A stretch of DNA of 64,000 nucleotides from Candidatus Undinarchaeota archaeon (lineage in GTDB: Archaea > SpSt-1190 > JASMDC01). The DNA is taken from contig CAZFHY010000001.1 in assembly GCA_964519305.1 (NCBI GenBank), positions 410,132-474,131 of the forward strand. Direction: 5' to 3'. This document shows, in pieces, positions 28,776 to 37,571 of this stretch. The notes beneath the pieces were generated by a model. It was not told the DNA's origin. It saw only the letters and a list, made by a program, of their open reading frames with translations, and ran no database searches. Position 1 is the first letter of the stretch, and every line of letters begins with the position of its first letter. The position numbers and the translations under genes were made by a program.

Positions 28776-29758
28776 GATGGTTCACACCGCCCTTTGGACC
28801 GCGTGATTACTTCGGGTAGTGCAGCGACCGCACCGATAACTCCACCCACACCTGCAGTGGTCGTAAGAAGGTAATCTAGTGGGATTGTAGCTAAAAGGAA
28901 GGGAGCCCCCCGTTCCCGTTTGATGAACGCGAAGACCTCTGCCCTGCTCGCACCATACACGGTAAGAAGGGTGAGAATGCCTAGAGGGGAACGGGCGATG
29001 ACTGCGAGAGGTGCGGTTGCGGCTGCTAGGGCCCCGACGCTGTGGACGATCGTGAGCTCGCTCTTGTCGAAAATTAAATCGTGAGAGACGATGAGCCGGG
29101 CTGAGCCGTAGCTGCGGGAGAGGTACTTGCTCAGAGAAGCGAGTAATCCGGGCTCCCTGTGTCGACCCCGGATAGCACGCCGAACCCTTACGCGATATTT
29201 CTGGTTGACACGCCTACCAAACTCTTCATCCTCCACGATTGCATCGGAGTACGAGGTATCGAATCCGCCGAGTTCCTCGAACACGCTCCGCCGGATGGCA
29301 CCGCATCGCGTGTGGAACGTTATATGGAAGTCGTGCTCCGCCATTTTCTCCGTAAAGTGCGCATTGCACAGGGCACGGTACGTCGGAACGAATCCCTCAT
29401 TGAACGGCTCCTTCTCAGTGACGCCCTGGCACGCCATCATCTCGGGATCGGAGAAGGCACCCTGGACACCTCTGAGAGCTCCGGGGGCCAGGATCATGTC
29501 GGCATCGATGAAAAGGAGCAGGTCACCTTTAGCCCGTTCCGCACCATCGTTCCGGGCCGCTGCCGGCCCTTCGCGTTCATCCTTCCGGACGTATTCACAG
29601 GGGAAATCACGGGCGATCTCGGCCGTTTCATCCGTGCTCGCGTCATCGATGACGATTACCTCGTACTCCCCTTCGGAGGTGTTGGATGAGAACACGGCCT
29701 CAAGACAAGCGCGAAGTGTCGCCCCGCCATTGTGGACGGGGATGATGACGGAAATCAT
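28772..29758 (-). CDS. GT2 glycosyltransferase with C-terminal TM region
   Basis: ISVIIPVHN, IDDASTD, GPAAARN.G, FIDAD, GGFD and VED motifs. Confidence 0.9.
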   Translation of the reverse strand: MISVIIPVHNGGATLRACLEAVFSSNTSEGEYEVIVIDDASTDETAEIARDFPCEYVRKDEREGPAAARNDGAERAKGDLLLFIDADMILAPGALRGVQGAFSDPEMMACQGVTEKEPFNEGFVPTYRALCNAHFTEKMAEHDFHITFHTRCGAIRRSVFEELGGFDTSYSDAIVEDEEFGRRVNQKYRVRVRRAIRGRHREPGLLASLSKYLSRSYGSARLIVSHDLIFDKSELTIVHSVGALAAATAPLAVIARSPLGILTLLTVYGASRAEVFAFIKRERGAPFLLATIPLDYLLTTTAGVGGVIGAVAALPEVITRSKGRCEPS

Positions 29759-29829
29759 ACCCCTCAAGCTTGCTTGCACGAAAGTAACAATTTAAATGAT
29801 GTCCGCTACCGACGGCATCGGGAAGAGCT

Positions 29830-30495
29830 ATGAAGTACAAGACCGTCGCCATCCTAATCGCCCTGGTCCTCGTGGCCGGCTGCGTTGACACCAGCGAGCT
29901 CGAGGCCAAGATCGATAGCCTTGAAAAGGAAAAGGAAACCCTGACAAAGTCCAAGGACGACCTCACGAAGGAGGTCGCGACCCTTCGCACCGATAAGGAC
30001 ACGCTGAAGGCCGACCTGGACGACTACAAGGCCAAGTACGACGATGCGGCGGCGAAACTGGAGAGCTACCAGTCGGCCGTGCTCAAGGTGACCCGGTCCG
30101 CTACCAAGGACATAGAGAACGGTAGGAAGATCGGGGAGGAGTACGAATGCAAGGACCACGCCATCGAAGGTAAGTTCGTGCTCAACAACACCGGAAAGGC
30201 CATGGCCAAGGACATTAATATCGTGTTCGGCGCCAAGGTCGGAGAGGTCGTTCTCTGGTCCGAGGAGAAGGAGCTCGAGGACATCGACCTTGACTCCGGC
30301 CAAGAGATCCGTATCGAGACCAAGCCCGATGAGAACCTGTGCGACGCTTTCGCCGTGGATATCGACGAGGCCTATCTCGTGGTCAAGTTCAAGGATGAGC
30401 GCGCGACCCCCGCCAACTACTACAAGTTCCAAGTGGACAAGGCCGGGGAAGAGTCCGAGCTCACCGGCGAAGAGGCTGCCGAGGGCGTGTTCTGA
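29830..30495 (+). CDS. Lipoprotein with coiled coil and Ig/CARDB-like domain
   Basis: Lipobox MKYKTVAILIALVLVAGC followed by heptad repeats. Confidence 0.78.
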   Translation: MKYKTVAILIALVLVAGCVDTSELEAKIDSLEKEKETLTKSKDDLTKEVATLRTDKDTLKADLDDYKAKYDDAAAKLESYQSAVLKVTRSATKDIENGRKIGEEYECKDHAIEGKFVLNNTGKAMAKDINIVFGAKVGEVVLWSEEKELEDIDLDSGQEIRIETKPDENLCDAFAVDIDEAYLVVKFKDERATPANYYKFQVDKAGEESELTGEEAAEGVF

Positions 30496-30540
30496 ACACG
30501 TCCTCGCCGTCCCCTTTGATCGAGGGTAGTTATTTATTCC

Positions 30541-32880
30541 GTGAGGTCCACCTGTAACAGCGTGAAAGCAGCCCGGGCACTATTGGTAGTAATCTGCCTG
30601 CTGCTGCTCTGTACAGCGTTCAATGATGCGCTGGCCCTTGATGAGGGAGGTGACGCGTTCAAGCTCAAGGTCGTCACCAAGGACCCCTGGGAGGGAATGA
30701 TCGACGTTGACATGGCCAGCCTTGCGTCCGACGGTTTCATCATCGATGTCCCAGAGGATTACACATTGGACGCGGTATACCTCGATGCCACTGAAGTGAT
30801 CACGCTCCTTCATGGTGAAAAGGAGTTCACCACAGGTGAGATACCGGTCACCATCCCCGATCCGGTCCCCGGGAAGCGTATCTTACTGAAGCCGATCCCG
30901 GGCTCACTTGATGAGGGTATTCTCTTCCTGCTCATGCCCGAGGGCTCTGAGAACAATCCCGCGTTCATTACCGAGATGACCTTCCCGGTTTGTACAGGTG
31001 CTACGGGAGCGTTCACGCCCGACTATACAATTCGCTCCATTCCGATAGGTATAATCTCCAACATTTCTGACACAGAGGACAAGTTCGCGGTCCATATCAC
31101 ACCTGAAGGTCTGAAGGAGGTGCTGGCCGCCTTCGACCATGACACGATATCAATAGATGCTTCTGTATTCTCGTTCGAGCTCACTCGTAACTACTTCACG
31201 CCCGAGGCGCCATGTAAGATGTGCTTTCTCCGCTGCCTGGCAGAGTGCGCCCCATGCGAGGAACCATGCAACAAGGAATGCGATCCATGGGCGTTTGGAT
31301 GCAATAGAAGAGGTGCGGTGTTCATACCTGAGGAAGAGGCGTGCCAGGACTGCATCTTCGGAGAGAATGAGGAGTGCCGCATGTGCTTAGGCCAGGCATG
31401 TAAGAACGAGTGCTTTGGAAAAGAGAAGCGGCCACTCACGGCCACGATCGAGCGTCATGACTGCCTTCAGGACAAGGGCGTCACCTGTCCGGGGTGCGCG
31501 GGGCAGAGCTTGGTGAACGACACCCTTTCCGTAACAGGGGACGGGACCGAACAGGAGATTATCATCAACGCGGTCGAGGATGTCGATGGCACCCTTGAGT
31601 GCGAGCTCACATACAAACCACCGCCAATCTCTCATCTGAATCCCAAGGGATATGTGAACTGTGACAGTGAGACATGCACGAACTCCTCAAAGTACACGGC
31701 GACCATGAAGGCCATCAAAGGTGATATACGCTTCTCATTCCTTTTCGGTCTCCCCGAGGCTACAGAGAACCTTGTCGCCCAGATGCCGTTCTCTTATACG
31801 TGCATGGACCCCTCCGTCCAGAAACCATGCCTGAGCACGGTGAAGGCCGCCATCCCGTGCCCACCCGAGCCGCCGTTCAACGCACCTCCGGATGTAAAGA
31901 AGATGTATGGAGATTGTATCAACAGGGTGGACCGGCTCTCTGAGCTATGCTCCCACTCCATCCTCTCCCAAGAGATCTGGTTCGAGTTGTTCGTCACAAG
32001 TCCAGAAGAGACCTCGCCATCCCCGTCCGCGACCACTGTTCCAACCGTGTCCCCCGAAATAACACCCACAATAATTTCCTCTCCGACACCCGTACCAACA
32101 CCCACTCCTGCCACGACACCTACACCCATCCCCCCCGGTACACTGGTGCCTCAGCTGGAGGCAGAGGTTAGGAGACATTCTGTATTCGTCGAGGAACGTG
32201 ACCGGCTCAATGCCATCGGCTATCGCATAGAGGGTGGTCTCACAGTTGAGACCACTACGTTGGAGGAGCTCTACACAGTGGAGGCCGTGTTCACCCGGGG
32301 AGATGATCCCGTGATCCGTATCCTTGGCTCCTATTCCGCTAATGACAAATCGCTCCAGCTCAAGGTGAAGGGGAACGCAACGGCACCTACGACGGTCCCC
32401 ACGGCCACGTCCGCTCCCTTGCCAACCCCGGACGCAGGGACGGTCGTGGATCGGGGCGATGCTGAGGAGGCCTTGTCCAAGGTGGAGCGTCTCATGGGAA
32501 GGGCCGAGGCAAAAGGGCTAGATACTGCCGAGATCGACTCCCTTGTTACCGCGGCGCGCGCGGACATGGACGACGGTGCCTACGCCGATGCCCTGCGAAG
32601 GCTCTCCACCGTCGAGGCCGATCTGGCCGAGAAGCTATCCGAGGGGGACAAGGGTGGTTCGCGCAATCGGATGGAGATGTTCATGCAGTTCCTTGAGGTG
32701 GCCTTCGGTGCTGCTGCCTTCATCATCGCGATGCGCGAGGCGCGTCGTCGCGAGTGGGTCCCGGGGGCAAGGGGCACGACATATGCCGGAGCGGCAGTGC
32801 AGCCCCAGGTAGGGGCCTACGCCAATTATGGGTCTTATTACGGCACGTACACACAGTATCCCGGGTACGGCCCCAGGTAG
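30541..32880 (+). CDS. Secreted Cys-rich surface protein with Pro/Thr linkers, C-terminal TM and Tyr/Gly-rich tail
   Basis: Signal peptide, CKMCFLRCLAECAPCEEPCNKEC, PTP repeats, TM, then ...YANYGSYYGTYTQYPGYG. Confidence 0.75.
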   Translation: MRSTCNSVKAARALLVVICLLLLCTAFNDALALDEGGDAFKLKVVTKDPWEGMIDVDMASLASDGFIIDVPEDYTLDAVYLDATEVITLLHGEKEFTTGEIPVTIPDPVPGKRILLKPIPGSLDEGILFLLMPEGSENNPAFITEMTFPVCTGATGAFTPDYTIRSIPIGIISNISDTEDKFAVHITPEGLKEVLAAFDHDTISIDASVFSFELTRNYFTPEAPCKMCFLRCLAECAPCEEPCNKECDPWAFGCNRRGAVFIPEEEACQDCIFGENEECRMCLGQACKNECFGKEKRPLTATIERHDCLQDKGVTCPGCAGQSLVNDTLSVTGDGTEQEIIINAVEDVDGTLECELTYKPPPISHLNPKGYVNCDSETCTNSSKYTATMKAIKGDIRFSFLFGLPEATENLVAQMPFSYTCMDPSVQKPCLSTVKAAIPCPPEPPFNAPPDVKKMYGDCINRVDRLSELCSHSILSQEIWFELFVTSPEETSPSPSATTVPTVSPEITPTIISSPTPVPTPTPATTPTPIPPGTLVPQLEAEVRRHSVFVEERDRLNAIGYRIEGGLTVETTTLEELYTVEAVFTRGDDPVIRILGSYSANDKSLQLKVKGNATAPTTVPTATSAPLPTPDAGTVVDRGDAEEALSKVERLMGRAEAKGLDTAEIDSLVTAARADMDDGAYADALRRLSTVEADLAEKLSEGDKGGSRNRMEMFMQFLEVAFGAAAFIIAMREARRREWVPGARGTTYAGAAVQPQVGAYANYGSYYGTYTQYPGYGPR

Positions 32881-32903
32881 GGACGCGGCCCGTCAGGATA
32901 ACA

Positions 32904-32911
32904 TTTTTAAA
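32904..32911 (+). promoter_or_regulatory. TATA box of tRNA-Ile
   Basis: TTTTTAAA about 24-31 nt upstream of the tRNA 5' end. Confidence 0.65.
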
Positions 32912-32934
32912 GGTGCACACCCCGTTTTGGGAAC

Positions 32935-33041
32935 GGGCCCGTGGCTCAGCTAGGTTAGAGCGTCCGATCGTACGGGGTGTTCCCCCGGGCGAGGCGAGGC
33001 TGATAACCGGGAGGTCCGGGGTTCAAATCCCCGCGGGCCCA
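32935..33041 (+). tRNA. tRNA-Ile(GAU) with a 32-nt intron at non-canonical position 30/31 (CCA not encoded)
   Basis: Acceptor stem GGGCCCG/CGGGCCC-A, D arm GCTC..GAGC and T arm CGGGG-TTCAAAT-CCCCG. Removing 32967-32998 restores the anticodon arm TCCGG-CT-GAT-AA-CCGGG. Confidence 0.93.
32967..32998 (+). other. Archaeal tRNA intron with bulge-helix-bulge motif
   Basis: Central helix CGTC/GGCG, 3-nt bulges CG|A and AG|G, flanking helices TCGT/GCGA and AG/CT, internal hairpin GGGG-TGTT-CCCC. Confidence 0.85.
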
Positions 33042-33070
33042 CTACCTCCCCATTGTACGGTGTCCTGACC

Positions 33071-33730
33071 ATGTATGTTATCGTCGTCGGAGGAGAGGGA
33101 ATCGGTGAGCACCTCGCAAAGCTCCTCGTTCGTGACGGGGTCAACGTGGTCATCCTCGAAAGGGACAAGGCCGTTTGCGACAAGCTCGCCAAGACCACTG
33201 ATGCCCTCGTCGTCAACGGTGATGGCGACGACGCTGACATCCTTCGAGAGGCCGGTGTCGACCGGGCCGATGTCCTTGTGTCCGTGACCCGCGACGATTC
33301 GCTTAACCTGATGTCATCCATGCTCGCTAAGGACCGTGGTGTCAAGAGCATCGTTTCCGTGGTGAACGATCCAAAGCACATCAACATCTTCGAGAAGGCC
33401 GGAGTGTCGACGGCCATCAGCCCCGACATCGCTACTGCACGTTATCTCGCCGATGTGGTCAAGCGGCCCGATATCTCCACGCTCTACTTCCTGGGCGGAG
33501 GCAGGGCTGAGATGTTCGAAGTGGTCGTCCCCCCAGAGTCGAAGATCGCTGGTATGAAGCTCAAGGAGATAGAGTTCCCCGAGGAGAGCCTAATAGTAGC
33601 TATCTACCGTGACGAGGAGCTCATCATCCCTAAGGCGGACACTCTTCTCAAGATCGGCGATAAGGTGACGGTGTTCGCATCCCTTGAGGTCCAGAAGCAG
33701 GTGAAGGCCAAGCTTACGGGGACCGAGTGA
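33071..33730 (+). CDS. trkA: Trk potassium uptake NAD-binding subunit
   Basis: VIVVGGEGIG, GDGDD..IL.EAGV, and a TrkA-C domain (IVAIYRDEELIIP). Confidence 0.92.
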   Translation: MYVIVVGGEGIGEHLAKLLVRDGVNVVILERDKAVCDKLAKTTDALVVNGDGDDADILREAGVDRADVLVSVTRDDSLNLMSSMLAKDRGVKSIVSVVNDPKHINIFEKAGVSTAISPDIATARYLADVVKRPDISTLYFLGGGRAEMFEVVVPPESKIAGMKLKEIEFPEESLIVAIYRDEELIIPKADTLLKIGDKVTVFASLEVQKQVKAKLTGTE

Positions 33731-33731
33731 G

Positions 33732-35216
33732 ATGTTCTTTGGTTCTCGCATCTCCAATATCCTCGGTTATCTCGGGGTCGTCTTTCATATCACGGCCCTC
33801 ATGACGGCCTCGCCCGTGATCATCTGCCTCCTCTTCGGTGAGAATGATTACCTCCAGTCTTTCCTCGTCCCTGCTGTGTCCGTTTTCGTGCTGGGCACCA
33901 TCCTTCGCGACCGGTTCTCACCCGAGAACATCTCCCGTGGTGAGGCGATGGTGGCCTCAGCACTTGCATGGATCATCATCCCCGCTGTAGGGATTTTCCC
34001 CTTTATCCAGTTCTTCCAGTTCGAGACGCCGGAGCTCCATCCGGGAGCAGAGGCATACGTGGACGCCTATTTCGAGAGCGTCTCGGGATACACGGCAACG
34101 GGTCTGACGATGATCCCTGACGTGGAGAGCGCGCCCCGGGCCATCCAGTTCTGGCGTTCGGCCACCGAGTGGTTCGGCGGTGTGGGGGTGATCGTACTGT
34201 TCCTCGCTGTGCTGCTGACACCGGGCTCTGCCGCGGCCCAGCTCTACACCGCTGAAGGTCGGACCGACAGGATCGTCCCCTCCATCACAGAGACCGCTCG
34301 CATCATCTGGTGGATCTACCTGTTCTATACGGCCGCGGGGGCCATCGGCCTCATGGTCGCCGGGATGCCCGCGTGGGACGCCGTGAACCATTCCATGACC
34401 GGTATCGCCACGGGTGGGTTCTCGGTGAAGAACGCCTCCTTCGGGTACTATGACAACCTGAATGCCGAGCTTGTGTGCATCCCCCTCATGCTCGCAGGCG
34501 CCGTCTCCTTCGTGGTCCATAAGAAGCTGTTCGAGCGTAACTTCAGGTTCCTGTTCGGAAACGTAGAGGTGAGGGCACTGCTGGCGGTGACCCTCCTCAG
34601 TACACTTGCCATTGCCGGGCACCATTTCCTCGTGCTCTACGCCAATGATTCACCAGAGCTGAACGCGGAGGTCACCCTTCGTGGCCGCCAGGCCCTGTTC
34701 CAGACGGCATCTGCGGTCTCCGGTACGGGCTTCGGTACCGCGGACCTGTCCAGCTGGACGGACTTCGCGAAATGGATCCTGACCATCCTCATGGTCATAG
34801 GGGGCGGGTACGGCTCGACCTCATCTGCCATCAAGCTCATCCGTTTCGTAATCATCTTCAAGGCGGTCATCTGGATAGTCCGCAAGCTCTTCCTACCTTC
34901 CAGAGCTATACTGCCATTCAGGGTCGGGGACAAGGTGTTCGAGGAGGAGGAGATCATGTCCGCCTCGCTCTACGCATTCCTTTACCTCGTGTTCCTCTTC
35001 GGTGGCGCCCTTGCCTTCATGAGCCTGGGCTATAACGGTACGGACTCCTTCTTCGAGGTCGCATCGGCACAGGGGAACGTGGGGCTGTCGGTGGGCGTGA
35101 GTGGCCCACAGCTCGAGCCCATCGGTAAGATAGTGCTCATCTTCGAGATGCTCGTCGGTCGGCTTGAGATCCTCCCTTTCATAGCCCTGGCCGGCTTCAT
35201 GTTCGGAAAGCGATGA
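33732..35216 (+). CDS. trkH: Trk potassium uptake membrane subunit
   Basis: Four pore loops SGYTATG, ATGGFS, SGTGF and GNVGLS, plus GRLEI. Confidence 0.93.
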   Translation: MFFGSRISNILGYLGVVFHITALMTASPVIICLLFGENDYLQSFLVPAVSVFVLGTILRDRFSPENISRGEAMVASALAWIIIPAVGIFPFIQFFQFETPELHPGAEAYVDAYFESVSGYTATGLTMIPDVESAPRAIQFWRSATEWFGGVGVIVLFLAVLLTPGSAAAQLYTAEGRTDRIVPSITETARIIWWIYLFYTAAGAIGLMVAGMPAWDAVNHSMTGIATGGFSVKNASFGYYDNLNAELVCIPLMLAGAVSFVVHKKLFERNFRFLFGNVEVRALLAVTLLSTLAIAGHHFLVLYANDSPELNAEVTLRGRQALFQTASAVSGTGFGTADLSSWTDFAKWILTILMVIGGGYGSTSSAIKLIRFVIIFKAVIWIVRKLFLPSRAILPFRVGDKVFEEEEIMSASLYAFLYLVFLFGGALAFMSLGYNGTDSFFEVASAQGNVGLSVGVSGPQLEPIGKIVLIFEMLVGRLEILPFIALAGFMFGKR

Positions 35217-35343
35217 TAGCCCGTTCGAGCAAGAACGGCCCCCCGACCTTAGGCGCGCGAACGGTAGGTTTTTTTACTGTGATGGTATCATCACCAATCG
35301 TTAAGGTGAGCCCGTGGGGCTGGCCGAGGCGTAGGTTGAAGCT

Positions 35344-35817
35344 ATGACGCCCGCTGACCAGCAACAACAGCCCTATCTGTCCCCGTCGCCCTACGGTCAA
35401 CAGTCCTACTCACAATACTACAGTCAGGTCTACGGCTACAATACCTATGACCAGCAAGGCTACGCGACACAGCAGCAGCAGCAACAACAACAACAGCCTG
35501 TGGCTGCGCCCCCGGAGGAGGAAAAGGAAGAAGAGGGAGGGCACTTCTGGCTCATTGCCCTGCTCGCTGTCTTCTTCATCCTCGTGCTCACGGGCGTCAT
35601 CATCTACGCTGCCAAGTACATGCCCGAGGACACTACCAAGTACCGGACATGCGATGAGAACAGCCGCTGCGTCCCGCGGTGCTGTGACGGCGAATGGACC
35701 TGTATGAACTTCGACAGCCTTGAGGGGAACGTGTGCGTCGATCAGACACCGTGTCTGAAGAAGAGCTCTACGATATCAGCTTGCATCTGCCAGGATAATG
35801 GTTGCACGTTCAGCTAG
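35344..35817 (+). CDS. Single-pass membrane protein: Gln/Tyr-rich N-terminus, TM, 10-Cys C-terminal domain
   Basis: Poly-Q encoded by CAG/CAA at 35470-35496, hydrophobic FWLIALLAVFFILVLTGVIIY and a Cys-rich end. Confidence 0.72.
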   Translation: MTPADQQQQPYLSPSPYGQQSYSQYYSQVYGYNTYDQQGYATQQQQQQQQQPVAAPPEEEKEEEGGHFWLIALLAVFFILVLTGVIIYAAKYMPEDTTKYRTCDENSRCVPRCCDGEWTCMNFDSLEGNVCVDQTPCLKKSSTISACICQDNGCTFS

Positions 35818-35828
35818 GAACGAGAGCC

Positions 35829-36365
35829 CTATTCGTCCTTCTTGTCGTCACCGGACGGTGTGCAGATGTCCACTGTGCGCCCCGACTCTGTCTCCAGCAT
35901 CCTCTTGAATGCCACGAGAAGATTGGGGAGCGCCTGGGGACTCTTTAGGAAACGCTGGAGTTCAATGAATCCCAAGAGGATGAAGGCGCCCTTGAACAGG
36001 GTGAAGTAGGTCGTCCCTACGCTCACGAGCTGGCGTACCAGCTCGGGCAGGACAATCCCTACAGCGCCTAAAAGGCCGAGCGTGCTGAACACGGACGCGA
36101 TAGCGAGGTAGCAGAGTCCGCAGCCCACGAGGAGCGCAACGCGAGCGAACTCGGTGTTCTCCAGGTACTGGTACATGCGCCAAACAACATATACGGCGAT
36201 GAGCTCACCAAGCGTACCCATAACTGCAGCAAGGAGCTCGAACTGGCCGGATAGAGAGGATAGTGTAGTCAACGGTCGGGCCTGGAGGATGAACAGTGCG
36301 AAGATGACAAAGACTATGAGCGATAGAGCGAAGGTGCGCTGGATGGTATGCTGGTCCATTTGCAT
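35829..36365 (-). CDS. 4-TM membrane protein
   Basis: Hydrophobic. Lies 7 bp downstream of the roadblock gene. Confidence 0.65.
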   Translation of the reverse strand: MQMDQHTIQRTFALSLIVFVIFALFILQARPLTTLSSLSGQFELLAAVMGTLGELIAVYVVWRMYQYLENTEFARVALLVGCGLCYLAIASVFSTLGLLGAVGIVLPELVRQLVSVGTTYFTLFKGAFILLGFIELQRFLKSPQALPNLLVAFKRMLETESGRTVDICTPSGDDKKDE

Positions 36366-36372
36366 TGTGTAC

Positions 36373-36741
36373 TCACTCCAGGATCATCTTGATCTTATCG
36401 GCCGCTTTTCCCAACTCGATGAGGATGAGACCTAGCCCCGCCTCGGGAGAGGTCATGACCACAAGGAGCGCTTTAGGGCCGGTGCCGATAGCGATGAGCT
36501 TCGTCTCCTCCGACTCGACGATTATACGGTCAGGAAGGCCACGCCCCAGTTCGGCGGCAGCGGTCTCAGCTGCACCAAGCATAGTGGCGGACATGGCCGC
36601 GAAGGTCTCCGCGTTGATACCTGTTGCTATGTCGGAGGCCATGAGAAGTCCGTCCCGGGAGACGATGGCGGACGCCTCGATGTCACCCACGGACCGGAGG
36701 CCGTCGAGCACCTTCTCCAGCATCTCCTTGACCGTGGCCAT
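36373..36741 (-). CDS. Roadblock/LC7 (MglB-like) domain protein
   Basis: IEASAIVSRDGLLMAS...FAAMSATMLGAAETAAAELG. Confidence 0.92.
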   Translation of the reverse strand: MATVKEMLEKVLDGLRSVGDIEASAIVSRDGLLMASDIATGINAETFAAMSATMLGAAETAAAELGRGLPDRIIVESEETKLIAIGTGPKALLVVMTSPEAGLGLILIELGKAADKIKMILE

Positions 36742-36777
36742 CGTTAGTGGCGGTCATCGTGGATAATATATAAAACT

Positions 36778-37563
36778 TCACCCGCGGTGCCCGGCAGGCC
36801 TGTCAGGTACCACGAGCACAGGGAGGTCCACTGCCCTGAAACGCTCGGCGATGGCCTCGAGCTCTTCCTGTGAGAGCGCATGGACGTACCCCTTCGCAGG
36901 CCGTCGGACGCATGTATTGACATCCACGCGGTCGGGCCTTATCCTTTTCGCTGCCGCCACAAGGGCATCGATGGACGCGTCGTCGACGTTCGATGGGCCT
37001 TCGTCCGAGCGTACGAACATGATCTCCAGCCAAACAGTAGCTGAAGAGCAGGCCACATCCGCGATACCAGCGATTATATCCTCGGCACGGAACCCTGCTG
37101 CTGGTCGGTTGACACGTGCGATGCCCTCATCGGTCGCGGCGTCCAGCGACGGGACCACCAGATCGAACCGCGAGGCCGTGCTCCGGGCGGCAGGTGAGAC
37201 GAGCAGAGTGGCATTGGTGATGAGGGCGAGCGGCACGTCGGTCAGGTCGCGTAATCGCGTGACGACCTCGCCAAGATAGGGCGAGAGCATCGGCTCCCCA
37301 CGGCCCGACATGGTTATGTAGTCCAGTCCGGGATTATCGTCCAATACCCGCTGCACCGCTGTCACGATCTCATCGGTCGTGGGAAAGCGACCGGGGGCCT
37401 CATCGGCTGATGACACGAGATGCTGCGTCCCCCCCAGCTGACAGTACACGCAATCGAATGTACAGGTGTGAGGCGGTAGGATGTCCACACCGAGGGAGGA
37501 GCCCAGGCGCCGGGAGCGCACAGGCCCGTACACACGGGCACCGTAGAGTTCCTCCACCGCCAT
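36778..37563 (-). CDS. Radical SAM Fe-S oxidoreductase (COG0731-like)
   Basis: YGPVRSRRLGSSLGVD, CTFDCVYC, SGRGEP and PSLDA motifs. Confidence 0.88.
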   Translation of the reverse strand: MAVEELYGARVYGPVRSRRLGSSLGVDILPPHTCTFDCVYCQLGGTQHLVSSADEAPGRFPTTDEIVTAVQRVLDDNPGLDYITMSGRGEPMLSPYLGEVVTRLRDLTDVPLALITNATLLVSPAARSTASRFDLVVPSLDAATDEGIARVNRPAAGFRAEDIIAGIADVACSSATVWLEIMFVRSDEGPSNVDDASIDALVAAAKRIRPDRVDVNTCVRRPAKGYVHALSQEELEAIAERFRAVDLPVLVVPDRPAGHRG

Positions 37564-37571
37564 GGTCGCAC

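Noticed and set aside
35470-35496. CAG/CAA tract as a contingency repeat
   Set aside because: It is an in-frame mixed-codon poly-Gln, so length change would not switch the gene off.
36373-36741. Roadblock protein as evidence for an Asgard/eukaryotic-signature system
   Set aside because: Roadblock/MglB proteins are widespread in archaea and bacteria, and no small GTPase is adjacent.
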